Assembly: GCA_050613775.1 (NCBI GenBank)
Contig: JBODTK010000140.1
Coordinates: 1 to 64,000, forward strand
DNA from: Neocallimastix sp. 'constans'
Lineage: Eukaryota
Direction: 5' to 3'
DNA: 64,000 nucleotides
Of this stretch, positions 30,400 to 44,619 are shown in pieces (the first letter of the stretch is position 1; every line of letters starts with the position of its first letter). Under the pieces are notes generated by a model. It ran no database searches and was not told the origin of the DNA. It worked only from the letters and a program-made list of their open reading frames with translations. Made by a program: the position numbers and the translations under genes.

Positions 30400-30715
30400 A
30401 TGCCCGGAAAACAAATATATATTGATTCAACTGCTTCACCAAGACTAGTTCAAAAGTATAAGCTATTAAAAAAAAGAATAAAGGTACAATTAGTAGTAAT
30501 AATTAATATAATATTCAAAATTATTATATAATATATTAAATATATAATAAATTTAATAATAGGAAAGTCAAGATTTAAGAAATTTAAATAAAATAAATCC
30601 TACATCATTATCTCAAAATAAAATAACTTTAAAAATAAATTTAGGAGCAGTTAAAGTAAATATTAATAAATAATTAAATATTATTTTAAAAAGAAGTGTG
30701 GGGAAAAAAGGATTA

Positions 30716-30746
<31 letters not shown>

Positions 30747-32824
30747 GGAGGAATTATAAGAATAGAATTATGAAAAAAAAAAAAAAAAAAATAGATAAAA
30801 AAGAAAATAAATAAAATAATTTATAAATGTGTATATTAAGAAATGATTATGTTATATTATATGAAAATATAATAAAACATATATTAAAGAAAATTTAAAA
30901 AAAAAAAAAAAAAATGAGAAAATATAATAAAACGTATATTAAAGAAAATTATTTTCTTAAAAAAAAATGAGAAAATATAATAAAACATATATTAAAGAAA
31001 ATTATTTTCTTAAAAAAAAAAAATGAAAAAATACTATAGGAACAATTAACAGGATGTCCTTCACCAGCATTATCACACAATAGTTCAAATTTATCTGATG
31101 ATTATATTAAAAGAAATGATTATGAAAGTGATAACTCAGAGAGTAGTTTATCTAGCTATCAAAGTGATAGTAATAATAGTCCAGTTAGAGGAAGAAGTAT
31201 TGAACGTTCTTTGTTATTTTTTAAAAATCAGCAACAGCAATCTCGTTCTTTATCAAGTGACTCTTCAAGCTCAGTTAATTCTGATATTTCTATTAGTACT
31301 TTAGGTTCTTTAGATTCAGATTCTCAAGAATCAACTTCATCAATTTATGCCAAAGATTCATTATTACCATCACCAAATTCAACTCCTCTTCCAAAAGAAA
31401 TTAATGAACATGATATAAATGAAATAAATGAGAATAATAAAGAAGAAATTTATTTGAGTGATAGTGATGATGGCTCGATTTCCCCACAATACGAAATAGT
31501 AGTTGATGATAAAGAAGAAATAGAAATTGATTCAGAAATAGAAGATTTTGGTGAATTCCCAGAAACATTTACAGAATTGGATAGTGAAGAAGAGTTAATT
31601 TTAACAGATAGTGAAGAGGAACAAGAAGAACCAAAACCAAATAAAAATGTACAGATAGAAGAAAAAATAATTAAGGAAGATAAAAATGTTAAACCCTCTT
31701 TAATTCCAGAATCAAGTCAAGAAAATATTGTAAAAGTAATAAAGGGGGAAACAAAGAGAATGGAAAGATTACCACCAATTGAAAAAAGAATCAATAAGGA
31801 AAATAAAAGAAGTAATGAAGAAGTGATGAACATGAAAAAAAGAGAAAATAGTTATATAAGACCTTCCAGATCGAGATCCAGATCGAGATCAAGATCTCCA
31901 TATTCAAGTCATAGAAATAGATCAAGATCTCCATACTCAAGTAATAGAAATAAATCAAGATCAAGATCTCCTCACTATCGTTCTGAATTCAGATCCTCTT
32001 ATAAGTCCTATAATCGTTCAAGATCAAGATCAAGAAATAGATCCAGATCCAGATCTAGATCTAGATCCAGACATACTAGATATAGAGATGATGACTATTA
32101 TTATTCAAGTAGACATGACCGTGATCGTAATTATCGTAGCAGAAAAAGTCATTATTATAATCACAGAAAACAGAGACACTTTGAAGAAGAAGCAGATGAT
32201 GATGATGAAGAAATCGTCTCTACTACTAATACTATTGAAAAAACTATTATGGAAGATCCAAGAAAGAAGCCAATCTTAGATATTGAACAAACCCAAATAT
32301 ATAGGGAAAGTGCTAGTTACTTAGAAACCGAATTTTACAAAAAAACAATTTATATAGGTGATTTAGAAGAAGATACACCTGAATCCGTCCTACGTCAAAA
32401 CTTTTCACGTTTTGGTGAAATTAAGGAAATTAAAGTATTTCCAGGAAAACAATATGCTTTTATTTCGTATAAATCATCTAATTCAGCATTAGAAGCTATT
32501 AAAAGAATGAATGGTTATAAATTAGGATTATCAGTTATTAAAGTAGGAAAAGCTAAAATTCCTGAACGTAATAAGTATGGTTTCGGTAACCGTCCATGGC
32601 AGGATGACGATGGAGCAATGGCTATAACCCAAGATACTTATGGTTCTGAATATATTAATAATGATCTAAATCAATCTTCATCTATGGCTAATTTTTCAGC
32701 TTATAATATCTATGGTCACAGAAATGTGAATATTATTAATCCTAAAAATTATCAAAATTCAAATATTGGTATTTTAGATCCAAGAGCAAGTAAGCGTACC
32801 TTATTAAGTTATGATGACTTTTAA
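30400..32824 (+). CDS. RS-repeat / single-RRM RNA-binding protein, NELF-E-like architecture, 653 aa
   Basis: Exons 30400-30483, 30563-30655, 31040-32824 in frame. Basic N-terminal helix LVQKYKLLKKRIK, acidic region, RS/RD repeats, RRM (TIYIGDL...KQYAFISY), C-terminal KRTLLSYDDF. Confidence 0.85.
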
Positions 32825-34059
32825 AACTAATTATTTATTTTCAAAATATAAAAAAATATAAAAAAAAAAAAAATTAAATAAAATAAAATAAAATAAAATA
32901 AATAAAATTTTAAAAATAAAAAGAAAAAAAAAATCATTCCAATTAATATTTAAATATTTAATAGATACATAAAAAAAAGCAACATATTATTTATTATTTA
33001 ATTCTAATATGCTTATATGTAGAGAAAAAAAGAAGAAATAAATAAAATAGATTTGGTCATAAATTAATAAAAATATTTTAAAAATATATATATATATATT
33101 TATATATATATAATATTTTTAAAAATTTGTGTATTTAAACTATCCAAAATATTTTATATTTTATATATTATTATTTAAATAGTTCAAATTAGTATTATAA
33201 AGTCAACTAATTATATATTTAATATATTGTAAAATTATTTATAATTATTGTGAAAAAAAAAAAAAAAAAAAAAATTTTATAATATGTTAAATATACAATT
33301 TTTTTAACTTAAGTTCTCTTAACGTAGATTTAAATATTTAATATTTTATTTAATTTATTTAATAATATATAATTTATTTTATTTACTTAATATTTTTTTT
33401 TTTTTAAATGTATATTTAAAAGTATTAAATATTTTATTTTATAATTTATAATTCATTTTATTTATAAATTTTTTTTTTTTTTTTTTCGTTATTTATTTAT
33501 TTTAAATAATTTAATATTATTTTTTATATTTCAATTTTTATAATATACTATATAAAAAATTGAATTTTAATTATTCAAAAATTTATATATTAACAAAGCA
33601 GTTTGGATATATTTCATTTTATATATATATATAATATAATATATATTTGTATTTCTATACTTTTTTATATATACAAATATATTTCTTTTTTTTATATATA
33701 TATTTAATATATATATTTGTATTTCTATATTTTTTATATATACAAATATACTTTATTTTAAATTTATTTTTAAATTTAAAATTTCTATTCATTTAATTAT
33801 ATACAAATTTAATTATTTATATATGAAATTATAAATAATTAAATTTTTTTTGTTTGTTTGTTTGTTTTATAATAGCTTTTAAATAATAAATAAATATCTT
33901 TTATTTTTATTTATTATTACTATTATCTTTTTTTTTTTATATATATTTTATATTTTATATTTTATATTTTATATTTTATATTTTTTACTTTTTACTTTTT
34001 TTTTTTATTCTAAAGAAATATAAATTAATAAATATTTGAAAATAAAAATTTTTTATTTT

Positions 34060-37000
34060 CTAATATTTACATTGGTTGTTAACTGAATTACCTTTACTAT
34101 TTAAGGCAGCTATTAAATCTGGAATATTGACACATTTAATACCAGTAACAACCATTTGTGCATTGAAATCTGCTGCTGCTGCTGAGGTATGTTTGTAATC
34201 AGTTGGGAACCATTGATTATTCTTAATGTAGCTTTCACCAAGTTCTTCCCATTTACGAGCAATAAGACTATAAAGATCAATATATGGAATATTCATTTCA
34301 TTAGCAACTAATTTCATAAAACCTTGGAAACGGCTACCTTCTCCAACCTTACCATTAGTAAAGGAGAAGTTTGGTGTGTAAGATAATAAAACTGGTTTAG
34401 CTCCCTTAGCAATAACTTCATTACACATTTGACGAATGTACCATGGGAAAGTGTGTACAACTTCTTTTTGACCATTACTTCTAGTAACGGTAACAGTTTC
34501 ATCGCCTTCACCACCAGCGGAACCCTTTTCAGAAGAAGCATTTGGACCACCAACATCATTATGACCAAATTGAATGAAGACATAATCATTTTTAGAAACA
34601 CCAGCAATTAAAGATTTCCATCTTCCATCACGCCAGAAAGTTCTAGCACTTTGTCCAGAATAACCATGATTTTTAACATTACTTATGACATAATTTCCTA
34701 AGTATTTACCCCAACCATTGGTTTTACCATTATGAGCACCATCATCATCAGCTGTAGAATCACCAGCAATGAAAATTGTTCCTGGTTTTACCGGAGCGAC
34801 TGTTGGCTTTGGAGCTTGAGTTGTAGTTTCAATATTTTGGCTATTATTATTACTACTTCCACTTGGAACACATTGAGAGAAGAATTCATTATACTTTTGA
34901 CAGACTCCTTCGCAACATGTAGTAGATCCCTTCCAATTTGAACCACCACATTGCCAGTATAATTTATTACAAGTTGCGTTTGCATTATTAGTAACAGTAC
35001 TTGAGGTATTTGTAGTTTTAGCTACAACTGCAGTAGTGGTTTTAGTTACTGTAACTGGTTGTTGTGTAGTATTTGGAGCAGAAGAATCAAATGGAGCTTC
35101 AAAACGAATATGATCATACATAATACCATCAAAACTATAGTATGTTTGGTAACCGCCAGTCTTTCTACTATATAAAGTAAATTTATTTTCACCAATCTTA
35201 AATGCAGATGGTTCATATTTAAATTCTAATTCACGATAAATACCACGTATACCATCACGACGAATACAGGCATCATCAACTAAATCTTTAATTTCTGGAG
35301 ATACCTTACCATCATTAAGAGCAACAGAAAGAGCAGAGTATGATGAAGCAGCAATAGAAATACGTAAAGCAGATGTACCAGTTGGTATTTTATCTAAGTT
35401 GAAGTAAATATTCCATGGGACACCAATATATTTACCATCTTTACCTGGAATAGAAACTTGACAGTAATTCCAATCCTTTGCATAATTTGATTTACCAACA
35501 TAGTAGTTGACACCATTTGGGAAATCAGTTTCAAACTTGTAGTAAAGACCCCATTGATTGAAATGATCACCATGCTTATATTCCATAGCAGTTCTATCTG
35601 GAACACCAATTTCCCATAAAACTGGAGCAATACGATTTTCACTAAATGTAAATTTACCAAGATTCGTAACTTCATTTGCTTTCACAGTAACTAATTTATC
35701 TAATACAAATTCACCAACAACATTTTTAGACCAAGCACGTAATTGATATGTTCCAGGAATAACATCATAAATAATAAAATTTGCTGTATTTCCTGATAAA
35801 CTATGAGCCCAATGTGACATATGACGCCATTGTTGATTTGGAATTGGTTCAGTATCAGATTGTGGTTGTACTAAAGTAACAACAGCATCTTCAAGTGGAA
35901 TACGAGTTCCTGTTAAAGGATTATTAATAGCTAAAGTACCAATAACCTTTCCACGTTCTTTAACATATCCTGGTTGAGAGACAAATGAATATGGCCATTT
36001 CTTTCCTTCAGCATTAGCTACATTCTTAGCATCGTTCCAACTAGCTTGAACAGAATTTGCTTTATTTAAGTAGATTAAGAATGGACCATAAACCTTTTGG
36101 AAATTTTCACCTTTTTTAATTGTAGCATCACCACCACCATAGTGAGAACCATTCATATACATAATTTGTAAAGAATCATTACCTCCTTGGTGACAAGAAA
36201 GATCACGATTATAAGCACCACCATTTTTCCATTCCATAGATGGAATAACATACCAACAACCTAAACCAGTAGAGGTACTTGAGAAACCATGAACTTGATG
36301 CTTTAACATATCAACAGACCAATCATATTTATGAATAACTTCACCATTTGGTAATTGACAAGCTTCTTTTGGTCCCTTTTCAACACATCTATTTTGATCA
36401 GCTGCACTTGGCATAACACGGGCTACATTGTCTTCAACTTGTAAATAATTAAATACATTAGCTTTTAATCTTAAAACTAAACGAATTTCACTGTAGGAAG
36501 TGTCTGGATAGTTTGATTTATGGGTATTTGTTAATGAATAGTAAACACCTTTAGTATCAGAAAGCATAGTATATCTAACTTCCCTATTAATTTTTATTTT
36601 ATATTATATCCATTAATTTAATTGTACTCTTCATTGTTATATATATATATATATATATATATTATTAATAAATTTAAAATTATTATTATATTTCATATCC
36701 TACCAATCAAGTCCTAATTTTGAACCAGAACGGTATGTATCATAAAAAGCAACTTCAACATGAGAAGAGGTATTCTTTATAATTTTATTACTGTTTGGAG
36801 AAACTATATTCGTTATTATACATAATATATAAATATTTATTAATAATTGATAATTACATAAATTTTAAAATAGACTTCACAGAATAAAAAAAAAATCTTT
36901 ACAATAAACTTTTCCACCATTAGCATCGATGTATGATCTATTTAAAAATTCTTGATTACTTCCATTATATTTTAATGAAGTAATGAAACCTGAACTTTTT

Positions 37001-37211
37001 GCAATAGTAACAGTAGCATAACTTTATTTATATATATATTAATATTAAATTTGTATTATAGTTAACATTTATAATACATAAATAATAAATTTTAAAATAC
37101 TTTCACTTACTCGTTTCTCAAAATGAATGAAGTTCCATTATCAGTAAGAGAAACAGCAGCAAAAACTGCTGACATAAACGTAAATAAACAAGTAATTATA
37201 TATATATTCAT
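34060..37211 (-). CDS. Secreted modular pectinase: PL4 rhamnogalacturonan lyase + CBM1 + CE12 (SGNH) rhamnogalacturonan acetylesterase, 947 aa
   Basis: Exons 37211-37111, 37021-36903, 36803-36704, 36583-34060. Signal peptide; PL4 motifs (HKYDWS, SHYGG, KVYGPFLIYLN, LWEIGVPDRTA, DWNYCQ, GIMYDHIRFE); CBM1 (WQCGG.NW.GSTTC..G.C...NEFFSQC); SGNH blocks GDST, FGHND, DYKHT. Confidence 0.92.
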
Positions 37212-38204
37212 GATATCTCAAATGTCATAAATACTTCTTTTTTTTTTTTTTTTTTTTTTTTTAAGTATCAATAAATATCCAATATTTCTTTCTCTCAAAT
37301 AAAAAAAAAACTATTTGAATAAAAATTATACTTTTTTTTAAAAAAAAAAAAAGCTTTAATGAAAATAAAAAAAAAAAATTTAAAAAATAAAAAAATTTGT
37401 TTTATTTATATACAAAAGTCATCGAATTCAAATTATTATATTTTTCGCAAATCTTTTTTTTTTTTTTTTTATTATATTTTAATTATATTAAATAAATAAA
37501 TAAATAAATTTTATGAGTAATATATTGTTTATAATATTATATTAAATAACTAATAATAAATTAAATTTCTTTTAAATTTTATAATATTTTAAATTATACC
37601 TACAATTTTTTAATTTTAATTATTGATATTTTTGAAAATCAATTTAATATATTGTATTAAAAGTTAAATTATTAATAAATTGATTAAATTATTTATAATA
37701 ACCAAAGTTACAAAAAAATAAGGTTTTTTTTTTTTAATTGTTTTTTTCCAAATTAATAAGAATTGTAAATTCATCAGCCGTAAACCATTTTATTATAAAA
37801 GTTTTATTGTATAATTGGAAATTAATATTGACATAATAATATGTTTACAAATTATTATTCTCTTATTACGCAATAATAGAATAATAATATAAATTATATA
37901 TATATCTAAAAAATTAAACTATAAAAAAATCATATATTATATTTTTAATTATACAATACTACAATATATTTATTCATTATCTTATTTTAATTTATTTTTA
38001 ATTACTCTAATTATAGTTAACTAAAAATGATAAAAATTTTAACAACTATTTTAAAAGAAAATTTCAGTCATGAATTTAATATCAAAATTTTTTAAAGGCA
38101 TTCTATATTATTTTAAATTATTAATTATAATAATTCAATTATTAAAATATAAATAATTTTTTACATTATTTTTAAAAAAAATGTATTTAAGTAGTTAATT
38201 TGGC

Positions 38205-38255
<51 letters not shown>

Positions 38256-39057
38256 ATTAAAAAGTAACCATTTGTAGGAAATTATTTGGAAATTATTGAA
38301 AAATCATAGCAAACCATATTGCCATTGAAATTAATTAAAATCCTAATTATATTTCATAAAAGGATGTATAAAATAAAGAAATGTTATAATTAATAATTTT
38401 GTAACTTAATTTCATTTACTTATTTAAATTTCATACTCCTTTTATTTTGACTTTATTTTAGTATTTTTTTATTATAATTTTATTTTAATATTTTTTATTT
38501 TGATTTTAATTTAACTTTATTTAAATTTAAACCTCCCTTTTATTTTTTGATTTTTTGATTTTTTAATTTTTTTTTTTTTACTTATATATAATAATAATTG
38601 ATAGTATGGATAATTGTATATAAAAGAAATTCATTAAAAATAAATTTAGTTTTAAATATTAATAATTGTTTATTCAATATAATTTTATACACAATAATCC
38701 TTTTAATTAATATTATTAAATTCAATTATTGAAAATTTAAGGTGTCAATTTTTCCATTAATATTATTCAAAAAAAAATTGGTCAAAGATTACTAAATAAA
38801 GCTTATATTAATATACTAATTTATTTATTAATAATTTAAATTATATGCGAAATTAAAATGACTTAATCTTTAATTATTAAAGATTTTTTTTTCTATTATA
38901 GATAATATTAAAATGATTTATTAAAAAATAAAAAAAAAAAAAAAAAACTCAAATTATAAAAATTAAATAAAAATTTTTTTAATATTATAGTCATAGTATT
39001 TTTTTTTCATATATATAAAAAATTAATAAATAATTTTCCATAATTCCATTTAGTTAA

Positions 39058-39104
<47 letters not shown>

Positions 39105-41359
39105 GAAATATAAATAATAATTGGGTTACAATGATGATTAAAAAAGCAGCTCATTAATTCTCTGTCATTTAATAAATATTATATATTAAATTTTAATTTA
39201 TATAAATTTAATATATTATGATTAAATGCTTAAAAAAATAATTTAAAAGAATGAATTTTTTTTAAATATATTATTAAATATGATTAAATGGAATAAATAT
39301 ATAATTATTAATACGTTTAATTATTTTAATTTTTTATTTTAATACTTAAACAAAGAAAGATTCATTTTATTTTTTTTTATATAATACATTAATTAATATT
39401 AAACATGAGATGATAAAAAATTTAATGATTAAATGGAAAAATAACTTAAAATATTATTAATATTTAAAAATAATTGATTTTTCATTTTTAAAATTAAATA
39501 ATATTTGAATCATTTTTATTTTAATTTTATATATATTTAAAATTCCTTTTCATAAAAATTCCCTTTCATAAAAATTATGAACATAATATTAATTCCTTTT
39601 ACTAAAATTAATTTCATTTTTTTCAACTCTTTTGTTTAAACGAGTACATTAATATTTAAAATATATAAAATATGATAATTATACTTTAATAATAAAATTA
39701 ATAGATCAAAAACTGTAATTTATGATAAAATTACTAATAGTAACCAATTATAAAATAAGAAATTCATCAAAAAAATTCTATTATTTAAAAAAAAAAATAA
39801 TGACTTTAATTATCTAAACAAGTATAGATAAAAATAATATATTTGACATATAGTTCTATTATATATAAATAATATTAATTTGATATATCATTTATATCAG
39901 ATATAAATTCCCATAATTGTTTTTATTATATAAAAAATAATTTTTTTTTATTATTTTATTAATAAAAAGTATAATTTATTAATAATAAAAATAGTTTTTT
40001 ATATATATACTATAACTACAAAAATATGTTAATACATTAATTTTTATTAAAAGCTTAAATTATTTTTTAATATATAAATTAATTCTTTTTTTTTTATTAT
40101 TATATTAAAGTTATATTAGTCACCATCAATTAATAAAAAATTGTTAAAAATTGCATATATTAAAAAACTTTTAGTCCAACCAAGTATGTTTAATATATTA
40201 AAATAATTTATAAATGTTGTTAAAAGAAATCTTTTAGGGGAAAAAAAAAAAGTTTAATTAATAATAAATAAGCAATTGAATAATTAAAATATATAAATAA
40301 ATATTGATATAACACGTAAATAAAAACTTTAATTATTAATAAATTATTTTATTAATAATTACATAAAAATAAATTAATAAATCATTTGCAAATTCGTGAT
40401 ATAAATAAAACGTGATCGAAAATAATGTGATAAAATTAAAATTATGTAAAGACATAAAATTATGCAAGAGCATAAAAATTAATGTAAACATAAAATTTAT
40501 TACATAAGTTTTATGTTAAAATTGAAATAATTTATAAATTTCTTTTTATTATTTTTATTATTTTTATATTAATTATATTTTTAAATATTTTTAATAATTA
40601 TTTTTTTTTTTTATATTAATATTTTATATTTTTATTATTATTTTATGAATATTTTATCTTAATATTTTATATTTTATTTTATACTTTTATATTAAATACT
40701 TTAAATACTTAATAGTTATTCTAAAAGAATTAATTATTTAGTTTATTATGAATTACAAATATAAAAACAAGAATAATTCTTTGTAATTATTCTTTGCACA
40801 ATTTTATGCCAAATTTTATATTATAATTATTTTATATTTTCGAGATAATAATTAAATACATGTATTAATTTTATAATAATTTTTAAATAATAAATAAATA
40901 AAATTTTATAATTAAATAAAAACTTAAATAAAACTTCTCCCAACAAGAGAACTTGAACCTATAGGCGTACTTTATCAATATAATACATAAGCAAATGAAT
41001 AATAAATAAATAAATATAATATATTGCAAAATATTCTTAAGGGTTTAAAATAAAATATATAGCAACAATGTGATAAAATAAATTTATATTTTGACATAAA
41101 TTTATTTTATATCAAATTTATGAATTTATTTTATTTTATGAATATTCAAGTTTTTATTATATATTTCAATATTATAACAATTATATCAATTTTATATTTT
41201 TAATTAGTATGTATATGTTTTATTATTTTAATATTTTACAATACATTCATGTTTTTTTAATACTAAATATTTCAAAATAGTTTAACAATATAATAAAATA
41301 TTTTTTTAAAAAATATGATTAAATGTATAATAATAATAATAAGTTTATTTCTGTATAAA

Positions 41360-41442
41360 CTTTGTCTTTTGCTTTAAATTATATTTTGACCTTTTTATTT
41401 AATAATAATGAAGTAAAATATAATTTAAAGCAAAAGGTAAAG
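41360..41442. repeat. Inverted repeat/hairpin with 22-bp perfect arms
   Basis: 41366-41387 CTTTTGCTTTAAATTATATTTT is the exact reverse complement of 41415-41436. Confidence 0.85.
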
Positions 41443-43105
41443 GTCACTATAATATATATTAATAAATATTTAATTATTAAAGAAAATTCTCCCTTAAAAT
41501 CATATTGAATTTGGTTATCTCAAAAAAAAAAAAATAAAAAAAAAAAATATAAAATAATTTAAAATACCAACAATAATTTTAATAATTATAATTAATAATA
41601 ACAAAAAGTGTATTTTAATAATAATGAATATAATGATAAATAAACAATAATTATTAACTAATACAAGTTTATTGTATTTCGTTTTAATGTAAATCCAAAC
41701 CAGCATTTGTTTGATTTTTATATAAAGTTTGCAATAATTATGGCTATAAAAAAAAAAAAAAAAAGAAATTGGATTCACATATGTGTTTTGCATTTATTTT
41801 GCTTATTTTCACCATAGTTTTCGAAATTATATTTTTATTTTTTTTTATTTTTATTTTTGTTTTATTTTCTGATTTTATTTTGATAATGGTTTTTGACATT
41901 GTTTACCATAAATTCTACATGTGTAAGTCACGTAGTTTTAAATTAATTATATTTTTATTTTTTTTTATTTTATTTTTGATTTTTTAATTCCATATGGTTT
42001 TTATACTAAGTATATGCCTGTTTATCAAATTTAAATTTGATATTCTCACACAAGCATAGTTTTAACATAAATATAGTATAAATAGCATATCAAATTCAAA
42101 TAACCAGTAATAATAAAAATAAAAATAATAATTATTTTGGACTGATTTAACCTAACCCATAGAGTTTCATATTACCTCATTCATTAATAACATTAATAAT
42201 AATTAATAATAACAATAATAATAATTAATTATTAATAAGAAGAATTAATAAAAATAATTAATGATAATAATAATAAATAATATAATTGTTTAAAAATAAT
42301 AAACAATAAATAATTACTTAAAACATAAAAAATTAAAATATTGAAAATAAAAAAATATATTAAAGTAAAAAAGTACCTTTAGTAATTCTAATAAACTAAT
42401 TCTATAAATTTTATTAAATTTATAATATTTAAAAAATACAATTATAAATAAAAAAAAAAATATAAATAAAAAGTATTGAAAAAAAATATTACAAAAAAAA
42501 AATTCAATAAATAAAAATTTTTCTTATACTAAATTATAATGGATTTTTTTTATTTTCTGTGTGTACCGCCCTTAGTTTATGCCTCCGTTTCCTCAGGAGC
42601 AGTGAGAATATTGAGGTAGTCACACACTTCCTTATATAAAGGTAGAATTGTCCCTATTGAGTGTTTCAATATAACCTAACCCATACAAATTTCGTATTAC
42701 CTCCCTAGCAATTGCATAATTGGCAGAAAGATTGCAATTTAGTAGAATATATCTACATGGACACATGAAATCATGTAATAAACCCTCTTAATTAGTTCAG
42801 TATTCAGATATATAATGAGAGCATTCTTACCTGTAACCGTATTCCATAAAATAAATTTAATGGAAAAAAAAGATATTATATATAAATATAAATTAATAAA
42901 CTAAATAAATTATTGTTATATATAAAATTGATTTTATAAAATATAAATTATTAATTATAAATTAATTTAATACATTATGTATGTATCATAAAATTTATGA
43001 TTAAAAAAAGTATAATAATTATTAATATTTTTTTATTTAAATATTTTTTTTCAATAATAAATTAAAATTAATATTAATAAAAGAATTGGTCAAAAACTTA
43101 TAAAA

Positions 43106-43594
43106 ATGAAGTTATATAATTTTTGTTTACTTGTTATCACTTTAGTTTTGGCGTATGCTAATGCTAAAGTTACTGTTCTTAACAAAAAGAACTTTTTTAA
43201 AGTATGCTTATAATTTACTACTCTTTTATTTTAATATAAATTATAAATTTCAAAATTTGAAATTTGAAAAAAAAAAATTAAAATTATTAAAATTATTAAT
43301 GTTTAAATTGATAATTAGACAATTGGAAAAGATAAACCTGTTCTTGTTAAGTTTTATGCTCCATGGTGTGGTCATTGTAAGGTAAAAATTGAATGAGGTT
43401 TTTTTTTTTTTATGGTAGTTATTGATAGTATTAATTATGATATTTATTTACATTTAGAGATTAGCACCAGTATATGAAGAATTGGCTACTGCTTATGAAA
43501 AGGATAGTGATAAGATTATTATTGCTGAATTAAATGCTGATGACGAAAAGAGTATTGCAAAAAAATTCGATATTAAAGGATATCCAGTAAATAA

Positions 43595-43632
<38 letters not shown>

Positions 43633-44450
43633 TATTATATACATTATTTTATGTTTAAAGTTTATTTAAATAATTTAAATTATTTAAATAAATATTCATA
43701 ATGAATTTTAATTATAAATATTTTATATCATATATTTATTTTAATATTTTTTAAAATTATAATTAAAAAAAGACGATCAAACTTTTCCCTGCTAATACTG
43801 AAACTCCAGTTGATTACTCTGGAGATCGTTCACTTGAGTCTTTCGTTGAATTCATTGAAAAAGAAACTGGTATAGTTAAGATATTTTAAAATTTAAAACA
43901 TAAATTTTGATTTAAAATATATTTATTTAAATCTTTAATATAAGTATTAATATTGATTTAAAATAAAAATAAATGTTGATTTTTGAATATTATTTTAAAT
44001 TTTAAAATTAATTACATTTATTATTATTTTAAAATATAATTTGGAATTTAAAATAAATAAATATATATATAAATTTAAAAAATTGAAAATGTTGAAAAGG
44101 TATTAAGGCTAAGATTCCAAAAGTTCATAGTAATATTGTTGTTCTTAATTCTGGAACCTTTGACGAAGCTGTATTCGCACCAAACGTTAATGCATTAGTT
44201 TTATTCTTTGCTCCATGGTGTGGTCATTGTAAAAATTTAGCTCCAACTTATGAAAAAATTGCTACAGATTACCTTAATGAAAAGAATGTAAGCACGAATA
44301 AATTAATATTTAAAATTTAATGATTTTATTATTTAATGAATTGCGGATTAAATTTAAGATTCTTTATATTTAATAATTAAAATTTTATTTATTTTAGGTT
44401 CTTATTGCTAAAATCGATGCTACAGAAAATGAGACTTTAGCTCAAAAGTA

Positions 44451-44485
<35 letters not shown>

Positions 44486-44586
44486 TACTATTATTATTAA
44501 TTACTATTTATTAATTACTTTTATTATATTTTTATATTATTTTAATATAAAATTTGAATAAAAAATTTATAATATTATATTATTTA

Positions 44587-44619
<33 letters not shown>

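Noticed and set aside
40933..40970. B-box/T-loop-like GGTTCAAGTTC on the minus strand
   Set aside because: No cloverleaf or A-box could be built upstream, so it cannot be called a tRNA or SINE.
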